From Candidatus Marinacidobacterales bacterium (GTDB taxonomy: Bacteria; Acidobacteriota; Vicinamibacteria; Marinacidobacterales; DATDRI01): DNA of 64,000 nucleotides. The notes beneath the pieces are model-generated. The model searched no databases. It was not told the origin of the DNA and worked only from the letters and a program-made list of their open reading frames with translations. The position numbers and the translations under genes are program-made. The DNA lies in NCBI GenBank assembly GCA_965226495.1, contig OZ245365.1:32001-96000 (forward strand). Direction: 5' to 3'. This document shows positions 49,375 to 59,923 of this stretch, one piece after another. Positions within the stretch are counted from its first letter, which is position 1. The number at the start of each line of letters is the position of its first letter.

Positions 49375-50459
49375 TGCTCTTTCATCTTCTCTATCCGCTT
49401 CACACCGAGTACAGCGCCTTCAACGTATTCCGTTACGTGACGTTCCGCACTGCGTGCGCCACGCTCACCGCGCTTCTCATCAGTCTCTTATTGGGGCCAT
49501 GGCTCATCAGACGATTGGGGGACTTCCAGATCGGTGAACGCATTCGAGAGGAAGGTCCGGAGCACCACCAGATTAAGGCCGGCACTCCCACCATGGGAGG
49601 TCTGTTGATTCTGTCCGCGATCGTGATTCCAACTTTTCTCTGGGCAGACCTCAGAAACACCTTCGTATGGATTGCCTTGGCGATGACCATCGGCTACGGC
49701 ACCATCGGCCTAGCCGACGACTTCCTAAAGCTGCACCGTAAACAATCGGGAGGGCTGGCCGGGCGATGGAAGCTGGTGCTTCAGATCGTCGTAGCCCTTG
49801 CCCTCGCGGGCTATCTGTTGCAGCTTTCGTATCGTGGCTCGTACAGCACGGAGTTGTTGTTTCCCTTCTTCAAGGACGTGAGGCCCGACCTATCGTGGGC
49901 CTTCGTGCCGTTCGCGGTTTTGGTACTGGTGGGGGCTTCTAACGCCGTTAACCTCACCGATGGTCTCGACGGGTTGGCGGTCGGTAGTGTTTTGATCGCG
50001 GCTGCCACCTACACCGTGTTGACCTACGTCACCGGTCACGCTCAATTCTCGACATACCTAGATTTGATTCATATCCCGCGGATTTGGGAGCTCACCATTT
50101 TCGGCGGAGCGATGGTCGGAGCCAGCCTCGGTTTTTTGTGGTTCAACTGTTACCCGGCGCAGGTGTTTATGGGTGACGTAGGCTCGCTGGCATTGGGTGG
50201 GGCGATCGGAACAGTAGCCCTGCTGATCAAGCAGGAACTATTGTTGATTCTTGTGGGTGGATTGTTCGTGGTGGAGGCGCTGTCGGTGATCATCCAGGTG
50301 ACGTCGTTTCAGTTGACTGGCAAGCGGGTATTTCGCATGGCGCCTTTACACCATCATTTCGAGCTCGTGGGTTGGAAGGAGCCGAAGATCATCATTCGGT
50401 TTTGGATCGTAGCCATCATTTTCGCGTTGGCCAGTCTCACGACTTTGAAGATTCGGTAG
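49374..50459 (+). CDS. mraY: phospho-MurNAc-pentapeptide transferase
   Basis: KAGTPTMGG, SNAVNLTDGLDGLA, FMGDVGS, MAPLHHHFE. Confidence 0.97.
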   Translation: MLFHLLYPLHTEYSAFNVFRYVTFRTACATLTALLISLLLGPWLIRRLGDFQIGERIREEGPEHHQIKAGTPTMGGLLILSAIVIPTFLWADLRNTFVWIALAMTIGYGTIGLADDFLKLHRKQSGGLAGRWKLVLQIVVALALAGYLLQLSYRGSYSTELLFPFFKDVRPDLSWAFVPFAVLVLVGASNAVNLTDGLDGLAVGSVLIAAATYTVLTYVTGHAQFSTYLDLIHIPRIWELTIFGGAMVGASLGFLWFNCYPAQVFMGDVGSLALGGAIGTVALLIKQELLLILVGGLFVVEALSVIIQVTSFQLTGKRVFRMAPLHHHFELVGWKEPKIIIRFWIVAIIFALASLTTLKIR

Positions 50460-50463
50460 ATGC

Positions 50464-51879
50464 GTGGACGACACAGAAGAAATCGGGGGCACGCGTTATC
50501 GGGGGCGCCGCGTGCTCGTGATCGGTCTCGCCCGGAGCGGACTGGCGGCCGTGGAGTTTCTCCTCCGTTGCGGTGCTCAGGTACGTGCCAACGATCGGAA
50601 GCGCGTGGAGGAGCTCCCACCGCGAGTGTTGGAGCTCGCCGAACGGGGTGTCGATTTGGTCACTGGCTCCCATCCGGCGGGACTCGTGAGAGACATCGAT
50701 CTGGTCGTTCTGAGTCCTGGTGTTCCCATGGACGTCAACCCGTTGAAAGAAGCCAGAGAGCAGGGAGTGCCCATTTTGGGAGAGTTGGAGCTGGCGTTTC
50801 GAGCGATCGAGGGGTCGGTGGTGGCAGTGACCGGCACCAAGGGCAAATCGACGACCGCGACGCTCATCGCGGACATCTTGAGTCGAGACGGTCGGTCGGT
50901 CGTGTTGGGCGGCAACATCGGGCAACCGCTCACCAGCTTAGTGGAAAAGGCGGGGAAGGACTCATTCGTAGTGGTAGAGGTTTCGAGCTTCCAACTCGAA
51001 ACGACGGTGAGTTTTCGACCAAGAGTCGTGGTACTTCTCAACGTGACACCCGACCATCTGGACAGGCACCCATCTTTCGAAGCGTACCGCGAGGCCAAGG
51101 CGCGCATCTTTGCCAATCAGGAGCAGGAAGATTGGGCCGTAGTCTACGGCGGCAATCCCCTGACGATGGATATGGGTTCTAGAAGTCGATCGCAGAAGAT
51201 CTATTACAGTCTCGATTGCATGGGTGACAAGATGCCTCACGTTTGCGTCAAGGAGGGGTGGATCGTAAGACACGAGGACGCGTTCACCTACGAATGGATA
51301 CCGTTAGAGAGCATTTCCATTCCCGGCGAGCACAACGTGGAGAACGTGATGGCGGCCGCCGCGGCGGCGGCAACTCTTGGGGTTCCGGTCGAAGCGATGA
51401 GGGAGGCGGTGGCCAGCTTTCCAGGCATTCCGCACGCCCTCGAGAGGGTCGCCAAGATTGCGGGGGTTTCGTTTTACGACGACTCGAAAGCCACGAACGT
51501 CGCGGCCGCGCAAGCCGCGATCGCGAGCTTCGATGAGGGCGTGATTTTGGTTTTGGGCGGGCGTTCCAAGGGTGCCGATTTCGAGACGTTGCTCGACGAC
51601 GTCAGGGGGAAGGTCAAATTAGTGTTGGCTCTCGGCGAAGCGAAAGAGCAAATTGCGGGAGTTCTGGGTTCAGACGTCCCAGTGATTATATGCACCGGGT
51701 TACGGGAGGTGGTGGAGCGGGCTTTCGAACACTCGGAGCCGGGAGATACCGTGCTCTTTTCTCCCGCTTGTGCGAGCTTCGATATGTTCGCCGATTACGC
51801 CGAGCGAGGCAGGCTCTTTAGAGAAGAAGTCGAGAGACTCAAGAAGAAGAAACGCCCCGACAGGGGGAAGAGTAAATGA
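50464..51879 (+). CDS. murD: UDP-MurNAc-L-Ala--D-Glu ligase
   Basis: GLARSG, SPGVP, TGTKGKSTT, GGNIG, EVSSFQL, DHLDRH, DSKATN, SPACASFD. Confidence 0.96.
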   Translation: MDDTEEIGGTRYRGRRVLVIGLARSGLAAVEFLLRCGAQVRANDRKRVEELPPRVLELAERGVDLVTGSHPAGLVRDIDLVVLSPGVPMDVNPLKEAREQGVPILGELELAFRAIEGSVVAVTGTKGKSTTATLIADILSRDGRSVVLGGNIGQPLTSLVEKAGKDSFVVVEVSSFQLETTVSFRPRVVVLLNVTPDHLDRHPSFEAYREAKARIFANQEQEDWAVVYGGNPLTMDMGSRSRSQKIYYSLDCMGDKMPHVCVKEGWIVRHEDAFTYEWIPLESISIPGEHNVENVMAAAAAAATLGVPVEAMREAVASFPGIPHALERVAKIAGVSFYDDSKATNVAAAQAAIASFDEGVILVLGGRSKGADFETLLDDVRGKVKLVLALGEAKEQIAGVLGSDVPVIICTGLREVVERAFEHSEPGDTVLFSPACASFDMFADYAERGRLFREEVERLKKKKRPDRGKSK

Positions 51880-51898
51880 CGGCCCGTCAGGGCCGTCG

Positions 51899-51929
51899 GC
51901 CAGGCGTGGGGGTGGGGCCCCAGGCAATT
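51899..51929 (+). repeat. core copy of the dispersed repeat between murD and ftsW
   Basis: GCCAGGCGTGGGGGTGGGGCCCCAGGCAATT, preceded by the hairpin GACGGCCC-GTCA-GGGCCGTC. Confidence 0.75.
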
Positions 51930-51970
51930 GAGAAATGCCGGAAAGAGGCAGTAGTAGCGAGCACTAAGTA

Positions 51971-53062
51971 ATGGCCAAGAAACTCTCAGCAGATCGAACG
52001 CTTTTCATCGTCACCATCGGATTGGTGTCGTTCGGCCTGGCTATGCTCTACAGCGCTTCGGCGGTCGTTGCCGATGCAGCGCATCGAGGGCCCAATTTCT
52101 TTCTCATCAAACAGCTCATCTGGGCGGCCTTGGGTCTGGCGGTCATGACAGTGTTGATGAAGATGGACTACCGCAGACTTCGACAGCCGGTTCTGGTCTA
52201 CGGTTTTCTTATCTTAACCGTGGTTTTTCTCATCGCGGTGCTCTTCTCTCCGCCGCTTAAGAACGCACACCGATGGCTTCGCTTTAGTCTGCTTTCGTTC
52301 CAACCTTCGGAGATGGCGAAACTGTCGTTGATCTTGACGGTGGCTTACCTATTGGATCAGAAGCGCGAGCGGATCGACGATTTCTTTGGTGGGCTCTTTC
52401 TTCCTTTGGCCGTCACTGGGTTTCTGGCCTTTCTGGTTCTCATCGAGCCGGATTTCGGCACCGCCACGTGCCTGGCGTTCGTTGGTTTCTGCCTTTTCTT
52501 CGTGGCCGGAGCTCCCTTTCGTTACCTGGCAGGACTCGGCATGGCGGCGGCACCCCTGATGTACCTTTTGATTGTTCGAGTGGACTATCGCCGGGAGCGG
52601 CTACTCGCCTTTATCGATCCATTCGAGGATCCGTTAGGCCGAGGTTTTCAAATCATCCAGTCTCTCATTGCGGTCGGGACGGGCGGAATTCTGGGCGCGG
52701 GGTTCATGCGGAGCCGCCAGAAGCTGTTCTACTTACCAGAGCCGCATACTGACTTCATCTATTCGGTGATCGGTGAAGAATTGGGTTTCGTCGGAGCCGT
52801 GGCGGTGCTGGGCGCCTTCGTGGTGTTGCTGTGGCGGGGCGTCGTCATCGCGCGGCGTGCGCCGGATCTTTTCGGGACTTTGTTGGCGAGCGGACTTACC
52901 GCCCTGATCGTTGGGCAGGCGCTCATGAACATGGGAGTGTCCTTGGGGATGCTTCCCACCACGGGAATACCACTGCCGTTTATTTCGGCGGGTGGGTCTT
53001 CCTTGGTGACATCGTTGGCGGCAGTCGGGCTGCTGCTGGGCATTTCCCAGCATGCGAGGTAA
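51971..53062 (+). CDS. ftsW: SEDS peptidoglycan polymerase FtsW
   Basis: RWL, FQPSEMAK, EPDFGT, LPEPHTDFI, GEELG, PTTGIPLPFIS.GGSS. Confidence 0.96.
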   Translation: MAKKLSADRTLFIVTIGLVSFGLAMLYSASAVVADAAHRGPNFFLIKQLIWAALGLAVMTVLMKMDYRRLRQPVLVYGFLILTVVFLIAVLFSPPLKNAHRWLRFSLLSFQPSEMAKLSLILTVAYLLDQKRERIDDFFGGLFLPLAVTGFLAFLVLIEPDFGTATCLAFVGFCLFFVAGAPFRYLAGLGMAAAPLMYLLIVRVDYRRERLLAFIDPFEDPLGRGFQIIQSLIAVGTGGILGAGFMRSRQKLFYLPEPHTDFIYSVIGEELGFVGAVAVLGAFVVLLWRGVVIARRAPDLFGTLLASGLTALIVGQALMNMGVSLGMLPTTGIPLPFISAGGSSLVTSLAAVGLLLGISQHAR

Positions 53063-53065
53063 AGG

Positions 53066-54175
53066 TTGTCGGGTAGCCGAAATGGCTTGCGGCTGCTGGT
53101 GGCGGCAGGCGGCACCGGGGGGCATCTCTACCCGGCCCTTGCGGTCGCTCGAGAGCTCAAGCAGCGGGATGCGGAGTCGGAAGTGATCTTCGCGGGTACG
53201 AGGCGGGGATTGGAGGGGAAGGTGGTTCCCCAGGCAGGTTACCCGCTCGAGATACTGAGAGTGGATCCTCTTCGAGGGGGCTCTGTCTTTCGGAAGTTGA
53301 AAGGTCTGTTGCAGATTGGCCCGGCGATGCTCGAGTCCTCGCGTCTACTACGGCGCATCCGTCCTCACATCGTGATGGGGGTAGGCGGCTACGTCTCCGG
53401 CCCCCTACTGGCGGTGGCTGCCGTTTCGGGAGTGCCGACACTCATCCTGGAGCCCAACGCGGAACCGGGGTTGACCAATCGATGGCTATCGCCTTGGGTC
53501 GATGCGGCCGCTCTCGCTTGGGAAGAGACAGGGCGTTTTTTCCGCGGGAAGGGATTCGTCTCTGGTAACCCGGTTCGAGAGGAGATCACGCGTGTCGAGT
53601 CGCGTCCGCCGTGCGAAACGATGCACGTGTTGGTCTTCGGGGGAAGCCAAGGCTCCCTAGCGCTCAACCGCGCCATGGTCGAAACGCTTCCTCACCTCCG
53701 GTCCCATCGGGACCGGTTGCGGATCACCCATCAGACAGGCGAGGCGGGGCTCGAGTGGGTACGAACGGCCTACCAAAAAGAGGGATGGACCGCTCGCGTC
53801 GAAGCCTATTTCGACACGATGGCGAACGAGTACGGAGATTGTGACCTGGTGGTGTCTCGAGCCGGAGCGACGACGTGCGCGGAATTGGCAGCAGCGGGGC
53901 GCGGGGCGGTTTTGGTTCCCCTGCCGCTTGCCGGAGACCACCAGCGAGCGAACGCCGAGGCTATGGCGCGCGCAGGTGCAGCCCGAATGGTTCTACAAGA
54001 AATTCTCACCGGAGAGAATCTGGCCTGCACCCTGATCGATCTCCTGGAGGATCGAGCGGGTCGCCAACGAATGGCGGAGGCCGCGAAAACATTGGCGAGG
54101 CCGGGAGCGGCAGGTGTGATCGTCGATCGTTTGGTGGAACTGGTGGACAAGAATCCGAGGGAGGAGGCGGCGTGA
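53066..54175 (+). CDS. murG: lipid II GlcNAc transferase
   Basis: GGTGGHLYP, GGYVS, GNPVR, GGSQG, RAGATT, HQ..NA. Confidence 0.96.
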   Translation: MSGSRNGLRLLVAAGGTGGHLYPALAVARELKQRDAESEVIFAGTRRGLEGKVVPQAGYPLEILRVDPLRGGSVFRKLKGLLQIGPAMLESSRLLRRIRPHIVMGVGGYVSGPLLAVAAVSGVPTLILEPNAEPGLTNRWLSPWVDAAALAWEETGRFFRGKGFVSGNPVREEITRVESRPPCETMHVLVFGGSQGSLALNRAMVETLPHLRSHRDRLRITHQTGEAGLEWVRTAYQKEGWTARVEAYFDTMANEYGDCDLVVSRAGATTCAELAAAGRGAVLVPLPLAGDHQRANAEAMARAGAARMVLQEILTGENLACTLIDLLEDRAGRQRMAEAAKTLARPGAAGVIVDRLVELVDKNPREEAA

Positions 54176-55560
54176 GTGCACCGTTGTTCTCCAGAAAGAC
54201 CCGAATCCATTTCGTGGGCGTAGGCGGAATCGGAATGAGTGGGCTCGCCGAGGTGCTCGTGAACCTCGGCTACCCGGTGAGTGGTTCTGACTTGAGCAAA
54301 GGCGTCGTGGTCGAGCGGCTTCAATCGATAGGAGTCAAGTTCTTCGAGAAACATCGCAAGGACCATGTGCGTGGCGCTGACGTGGTGGTGGTCTCGTCTG
54401 CCGTGCGCTCCGATAATCCAGAGCTCGAGGAGGCCCGGCGACTTCAAATCCCGATCATTCCGCGCGCCGAAATGTTGGCGGAGTTGATGCGGTTGAAATA
54501 CGGCATCGCAGTTGCCGGATCGCATGGAAAGACGTCGACGACTTCGATGGTTTCGGTGCTATTGGCTCGCGGGGGGCTGGATCCAACGATGGTGATCGGC
54601 GGTCGGTTGGGTATCTTGGGGAGCAACGCCAAGTTGGGTCGATCGGACTTCATGGTTGTAGAAGCGGATGAGTCCGACCGCAGCTTCTTGCACCTTTCCC
54701 CGGTGGCGGCGGTGGTCACCGGAATTGATCGCGAGCACCTCGAAGCCTATCGCGACATGGAGGATCTGAAGGACGCCTTCGTGGATTTCGTGAACAAGAT
54801 CCCCTTTTACGGTGCGTCTCTATTGTGTCTGGATGACGAGCGCGTGCAGGATATTTTGCCCCGCATCAAACGACGCTATGTGACCTACGGCTTCTCGACG
54901 CAGGCCGACATTACCGCGGACGCCATCAACCTTTCAGGTATGAATTCTTGCTACCGATTGAAGGTTCGTGGGCAGGAGATGGGCTCGATTAAGCTTCGCG
55001 TTCCGGGGCGGCACAACGTCTTGAATAGCCTCGCGGCGGTGGGCGTGGGGCTAGAGTTGGGTATCTCGCTCGAGGACATCGGTGCGGGGCTCGAGTCTTA
55101 CTCGGGAGTCGACCGAAGATTTCAGGTTAAAGGCGACCATGCGGGGATCCTGGTGGTGGATGATTACGCACACCATCCGACGGAAATACGAGCCAGCTTG
55201 GCCACCGCAAAGGAGGCGTTCGGGCGTCGCACGGTCGTCGTCTTCCAGCCCCATCGTTACTCGCGGGTGAAGGAGCTCTTTGATGACTTTTGTCGAGCCT
55301 TTCATCAGGCGGATCTCTTGTTGGTGACTGAGATCTATCCGGCCGGAGAGGATCCGTTGCCGGACGTATCCGGTCAACGGCTTGCGGACGGTATCAAAGT
55401 GCATGGTCACCGCGATGTCCGCTTCGTCGGTGACCTGCAAACGATTCCCAAGATCTTGGAAGACCAGCTTCTGGAGGGTGACTTGATCATGACGTTGGGA
55501 GCGGGCAGCGTCACATCGCTATCTGATGAACTTGCGGAGATGATTCGTGAACGTGGCTGA
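54172..55560 (+). CDS. murC: UDP-MurNAc--L-Ala ligase
   Basis: HFVGVGGIGMSGLA, GSHGKTSTT, EADESD, DDYAHHPTE, FQPHRYSR. Confidence 0.96.
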   Translation: MSAPLFSRKTRIHFVGVGGIGMSGLAEVLVNLGYPVSGSDLSKGVVVERLQSIGVKFFEKHRKDHVRGADVVVVSSAVRSDNPELEEARRLQIPIIPRAEMLAELMRLKYGIAVAGSHGKTSTTSMVSVLLARGGLDPTMVIGGRLGILGSNAKLGRSDFMVVEADESDRSFLHLSPVAAVVTGIDREHLEAYRDMEDLKDAFVDFVNKIPFYGASLLCLDDERVQDILPRIKRRYVTYGFSTQADITADAINLSGMNSCYRLKVRGQEMGSIKLRVPGRHNVLNSLAAVGVGLELGISLEDIGAGLESYSGVDRRFQVKGDHAGILVVDDYAHHPTEIRASLATAKEAFGRRTVVVFQPHRYSRVKELFDDFCRAFHQADLLLVTEIYPAGEDPLPDVSGQRLADGIKVHGHRDVRFVGDLQTIPKILEDQLLEGDLIMTLGAGSVTSLSDELAEMIRERG

Positions 55561-56461
55561 ATATCCGGTCGTGCAGCTGGTCACTGCCTTCAAGGAGGCG
55601 GGGGTGCGTTTTCGGCAGGAAGAACCCTTAGCCCGTTTTACGACCGTTGGCTTGGGGGGGCCGGCCGAGGTGTTGGCGTTTCCCGCTTCGACGGAAGAGC
55701 TGCTGTCCGCGGTTCGTTTGGCCAGCGAGCTCAAGGTTCCTGCCCGTGTGTTGGGAGGGGGAAGCAATCTTCTGGTGAGCGACGAAGGCGTTCGCGGAGT
55801 CGTCATTCACACGGGAGCGATGAAGATCGTCGGTTTTGGAGACAAAGGGGAAGTCGAGGCCGAAGCCGGCGCTCATTTTCCTGGGTTGGTAAGGGCTGCC
55901 GTGTCACGGGGGCTACGCGGTCTCGAAGGCGGGGTCGGTATTCCCGGTACGGTGGGTGGTGTCCTGACGATGAATGCCGGCGCCTACGGGTTTTCCATCG
56001 GCGAGTGGGTCGAGCACGTGACGGTGGTTGACCCACAGGGAGAGAAGTTGGAGCTTTCGCGGGAGCAAATCGATTTTCGCTATCGTCATTCTTCTTTCGG
56101 AGGCGAGCTCGTGGTGGCGAGATGCCGAGTGAAGTTGGCTGAGGATGATCCGCGGGCTATCCGCGCGGACATGGAAAAACAGCTAGCCGATCGGAAGACC
56201 AACCAGCCGGTCGGGGTGAAGAGTGCCGGCTGCATCTTCAAGAATCCATCGGGCGATTCGGCCGGCCGGATCATCGATAGCTTGGGGTTGAAAGGTCGGC
56301 GTGTGAACGGTGCGCGAGTCTCCGAGGTCCATGCAAACTTTTTTGTTCACGACGGCACGGCGACAACGGCGGATGTCCTGGCCCTCATCGAGCAGATCAA
56401 GGAGAAGGTTTACCAGGCTACCTCTATCGAGTTGGAGGAGGAGGTTCGACAGTGGACTTAG
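55547..56461 (+). CDS. murB: UDP-GlcNAc-enolpyruvate reductase
   Basis: GGPA, LGGGSN, GIPGTVGG..MNAGAYG, F.YR.S, SAGC.FKNP, HANF. Confidence 0.95.
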   Translation: MNVAEYPVVQLVTAFKEAGVRFRQEEPLARFTTVGLGGPAEVLAFPASTEELLSAVRLASELKVPARVLGGGSNLLVSDEGVRGVVIHTGAMKIVGFGDKGEVEAEAGAHFPGLVRAAVSRGLRGLEGGVGIPGTVGGVLTMNAGAYGFSIGEWVEHVTVVDPQGEKLELSREQIDFRYRHSSFGGELVVARCRVKLAEDDPRAIRADMEKQLADRKTNQPVGVKSAGCIFKNPSGDSAGRIIDSLGLKGRRVNGARVSEVHANFFVHDGTATTADVLALIEQIKEKVYQATSIELEEEVRQWT

Positions 56462-57345
56462 AAAAGCGATCGAAGGGGAGTAAGGCCTCTTCCGAGCTTT
56501 TCTTGAGGAGGCGTGTCCGTCCTCGGCGCGCCTCTAGAAGAGCGGTCTTGGTGGCGCTGCGTTGGATGGGAGCAGTCACCGGGCTCGCGATTCTCGTCGC
56601 CGCGGGGTTTTGGACCGCCGCGGCGGCGGGGCGAGCTCCCGAGCTTGCGGTTAGCAGAATTCTTGTTGAAGGGAACAATCGACTGGCAGAGGGGGAGATT
56701 CTTGAAGCGCTAGGGCTTCATCCGGGTTCGAATATTCTCACGTTGGACCTCGATACTTTGAAGCAGAAACTGCTCCTTTCGGCGTGGGTGAAGGATGTGG
56801 AGCTGGCGCGGATTCTTCCCGCAACACTCACTCTCAAGCTAGAGGAGCGCGTCCCGCTCGGAATCGCGGTGGTGGATCGTCTTTACCTCATCGATGCCAG
56901 CGGGGTGTTTCTCGACGAAATGGGTCCTGGTTACGGAGACCTTGCGCTTCCTGTGGTGAGCGGACTCACCGACCAGCGAGGGGAGTTACTACCCGGTCGC
57001 CGCGAACTGGCGGGACGAGTTCTTTCGGCTTTGGCGGCCGATGAAAGGCTCGAGGCGGCGGTCTCGGAGATCGACGTCTCGGGAGGCGCCGACTCGATCC
57101 AAGTCTTGCTTCGCCATCCGCCGCTCGCCATCATCGGAGGGGAAGCCGACCTGGCTTCTCGCCTCCAGGAGATCATTCCACTTACGGAAGAGATTCAAAA
57201 TCGTTTTTCATCGGTTGACGCTGTGGACGTGCGATTCCAAGGACGCGTGTACTTGCAACTCGCCGCGCCCGAAATGTCGGAGGACGTCGTGCTCGAGACG
57301 TCTGAAGATGTTGTCGAAGAGCTGGTCCCGGCTGGGGGGAGGTGA
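56452..57345 (+). CDS. ftsQ: cell division protein FtsQ/DivIB
   Basis: Basic N-terminus, TM, POTRA (V.GN..L; WV.....R..P.TL....ER.P), DVRF; upstream of ftsA. Confidence 0.9.
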   Translation: MDLEKRSKGSKASSELFLRRRVRPRRASRRAVLVALRWMGAVTGLAILVAAGFWTAAAAGRAPELAVSRILVEGNNRLAEGEILEALGLHPGSNILTLDLDTLKQKLLLSAWVKDVELARILPATLTLKLEERVPLGIAVVDRLYLIDASGVFLDEMGPGYGDLALPVVSGLTDQRGELLPGRRELAGRVLSALAADERLEAAVSEIDVSGGADSIQVLLRHPPLAIIGGEADLASRLQEIIPLTEEIQNRFSSVDAVDVRFQGRVYLQLAAPEMSEDVVLETSEDVVEELVPAGGR

Positions 57346-58598
57346 TCGTCCTGACCAAGAAAGAGAGATACATCGTTGGCATCGACATTGGCACTGCCAA
57401 GGTGACTGCCATCGTCAGCGAGGTAACGGAGGAAGGTCGTCTAGAGATCATCGGTATCGGGTCGACCGAGTCCAAGGGTTTGCGCAAGGGGATGGTGATC
57501 AACCTGGAGCAGACCGTCGAGTCCATCAAGCGCGTGGTCGAGGAGGCGGAGCTCATGGCCGGGGTCGAAATCGAATCGGCCTACGTCGGTCTCGCCGGGG
57601 GGCACATCAAAGGTTTCAACAGCCGAGCGGTGGTGGCGATCACTAGCAAGACCCGTGAGATCGGTAGGGAAGACGTCTACCGAGCCATCGAAGCCGCCAA
57701 AGCCATTCCGTTGCCAAGCGACCGGGAGATTGTCCACGTGCTGCCGCAAGAGTTCGTAGTGGATGGGCACGACGGAATCTTCGATCCCACTGGGATGACC
57801 GGTAGCCGACTCGAAGCCAACGTGCACATCATCACCGCGAGCACGACTGCCATCCAAAACATCGTGACGTGTGTGAATCGCGCCGGGATGGAAGTCATCG
57901 AGACGGTACTGGAACAGTTGGCAGCGGCTGAAGCATGCCTGACCGACGACGAAAGGGAGCTCGGCGTCGCCTTGCTCGATATCGGTGGAGGAACTACTGA
58001 TATCGCCATCTTCGACAAAGGTACGATCTGGCACACCTCGGTCTTGCCGACCGGCGGAGATCACTTCACCAACGACGTCGCGGTTGGATTGCGCACCCCC
58101 ATCTTGGAGGCGGAGAAGATCAAGAAGAAATACGGTTGCGCTTTGGCGACGATGGTGTCGGAGGAGGACACCATCGAGGTGCCGAGTGTAGGGGGGCGGA
58201 AACCGCGTATCCTCGGACGCCAGATCCTGGCGGACATTCTTCAACCGCGAGCGGAAGAGATCTGCCACTTGGTGTTTCAAGAGATTCGTCGCGCCGGCTA
58301 CGAGCGAACCTTGAACTCGGGTGTGGTCATCACTGGTGGAAGCGCCTCTTTGGAGGGACTTCCCGAAGTGGCAGAGCGAGTCTTCGATATGCCGATTCGT
58401 CGGGGGGTTCCGACCGGTATCGGAGGACTCGTCGATGTCGTAGCCAGCCCTTCTTATGCAACCGGGGTGGGGTTGGTACTTTATGGGCTTAGAAGCAGGT
58501 CAAATCGCCTCTTGCCTCGCGTTACGGTGGGATCGCCATTAGGGCGGGCGGCGGCGCGGGTGCGTGAGTGGCTACACGCAATGTCAATCAGTTTTTGA
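57342..58598 (+). CDS. ftsA: cell division protein FtsA
   Basis: GIDIGTAKV, GLRKG, P.GM.G.RLE, DIGGGTTD, GG..FT.D, TGG. Confidence 0.97.
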   Translation: MIVLTKKERYIVGIDIGTAKVTAIVSEVTEEGRLEIIGIGSTESKGLRKGMVINLEQTVESIKRVVEEAELMAGVEIESAYVGLAGGHIKGFNSRAVVAITSKTREIGREDVYRAIEAAKAIPLPSDREIVHVLPQEFVVDGHDGIFDPTGMTGSRLEANVHIITASTTAIQNIVTCVNRAGMEVIETVLEQLAAAEACLTDDERELGVALLDIGGGTTDIAIFDKGTIWHTSVLPTGGDHFTNDVAVGLRTPILEAEKIKKKYGCALATMVSEEDTIEVPSVGGRKPRILGRQILADILQPRAEEICHLVFQEIRRAGYERTLNSGVVITGGSASLEGLPEVAERVFDMPIRRGVPTGIGGLVDVVASPSYATGVGLVLYGLRSRSNRLLPRVTVGSPLGRAAARVREWLHAMSISF

Positions 58599-58622
58599 TT
58601 CCTCGATAAGGGAGGTGGGTGA

Positions 58623-59846
58623 ATGATTCGTTTCGAAGACGACGATTTGTCGGCAGATACACCGAAGGATTTCGCATCTGAAGAAGACCTCGTCACTGGG
58701 GCTAGGATCAAGGTGATCGGAGTGGGCGGAGGAGGAGGCAACGCCGTGAATCGGATGATCGCTTCTCGCATCGGGGGGATCGAGTTCCTTTCTGCGAACA
58801 CCGACGCACAAGCGCTCCGCACGAACCACGCCACAACCAAGATACAGCTCGGTGAGAAGCTCACCAAAGGGCTGGGCTGCGGAGCGCAACCGGAGGTGGG
58901 CCGCCAGGCGGCACTCGAGGATACAGAAAAAATCCTAGAGATCCTCGAGGGAGCCGACATGGTGTTCATCACTGCCGGTCTCGGAGGCGGAACCGGAACC
59001 GGTGGCGCGCCCATCGTCGCCTCACTGGCGAGTGAGCTCGGTGCGCTGACGGTGGCGGTTGTAACGAAGCCGTTCACGTTCGAAGGCAAGCGTCGCATGG
59101 CGCAGGCCGATCAGGGGATCCGTGAGCTTCGCGACTGCGTCGATACGCTCATCTGCATCCCGAATGACCGGTTGCTCGCAACCGTCGAAAGGGATACGCC
59201 CCTGCCCGAAGCGTTCAGCGTAGCCGACGATGTCTTGCGGCAGGCCGTCCAGGGCATCTCCGATCTGATCACCGTCCCGGGCCTGATCAACTTGGATTTT
59301 GCCGACGTCAAGACCATCATGCGCGGCATGGGCGATGCGGTGATGGGCACCGGTATTGCCAGCGGAGAGAATCGCGCCGTGGAAGCCGCCCAGAAGGCCA
59401 TTTCCAGCCCGCTTCTCGAAGACACTTCGATCCAAGGGGCGAAGGGGGTCATCATCAATATCACCGGCGGCGACGACCTGAGCCTCAGCGAGGTGAACGA
59501 AGCGTCTTCGATCATTCACCAAGAGGCCGACGAGGACGCGGTCATCATCTTCGGCGCGGTCATGGAGCCCAAGATGGAAGGGAAGGTCAAGATCACCGTC
59601 ATCGCCACCGGCTTCCCGAGGAGCGAAAAGGCGGGCCGTTTGCAGCGAGCTACGACTCCGGTGGACATGCAGAACTACCAGTCGGTGGTCCGCGAGGGTA
59701 CCACCGGTGGGAGCAGCTTCTACCGTCCGGGAAGCGAAGAGAGCAATGTGGACAGTGCTCTCAACTCGGATTTGGACTTCGGTCCGGTGGAAGAGGCTGA
59801 AGGGGAGGATCTCGACGTTCCGACGTTTTTGAGAAAATCGAAATAG
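58623..59846 (+). CDS. ftsZ: cell division protein FtsZ
   Basis: [23 protein letters not shown]-terminal LDVPTFLRK. Confidence 0.98.
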   Translation: MIRFEDDDLSADTPKDFASEEDLVTGARIKVIGVGGGGGNAVNRMIASRIGGIEFLSANTDAQALRTNHATTKIQLGEKLTKGLGCGAQPEVGRQAALEDTEKILEILEGADMVFITAGLGGGTGTGGAPIVASLASELGALTVAVVTKPFTFEGKRRMAQADQGIRELRDCVDTLICIPNDRLLATVERDTPLPEAFSVADDVLRQAVQGISDLITVPGLINLDFADVKTIMRGMGDAVMGTGIASGENRAVEAAQKAISSPLLEDTSIQGAKGVIINITGGDDLSLSEVNEASSIIHQEADEDAVIIFGAVMEPKMEGKVKITVIATGFPRSEKAGRLQRATTPVDMQNYQSVVREGTTGGSSFYRPGSEESNVDSALNSDLDFGPVEEAEGEDLDVPTFLRKSK

Positions 59847-59923
59847 CTTTTTTGCGAGACCCCGCCAACTCGGTCCAGGCGGAGTTGTCTACGCCGTTCT
59901 GGGAGAGGGTGGGGTGAGGGGTC

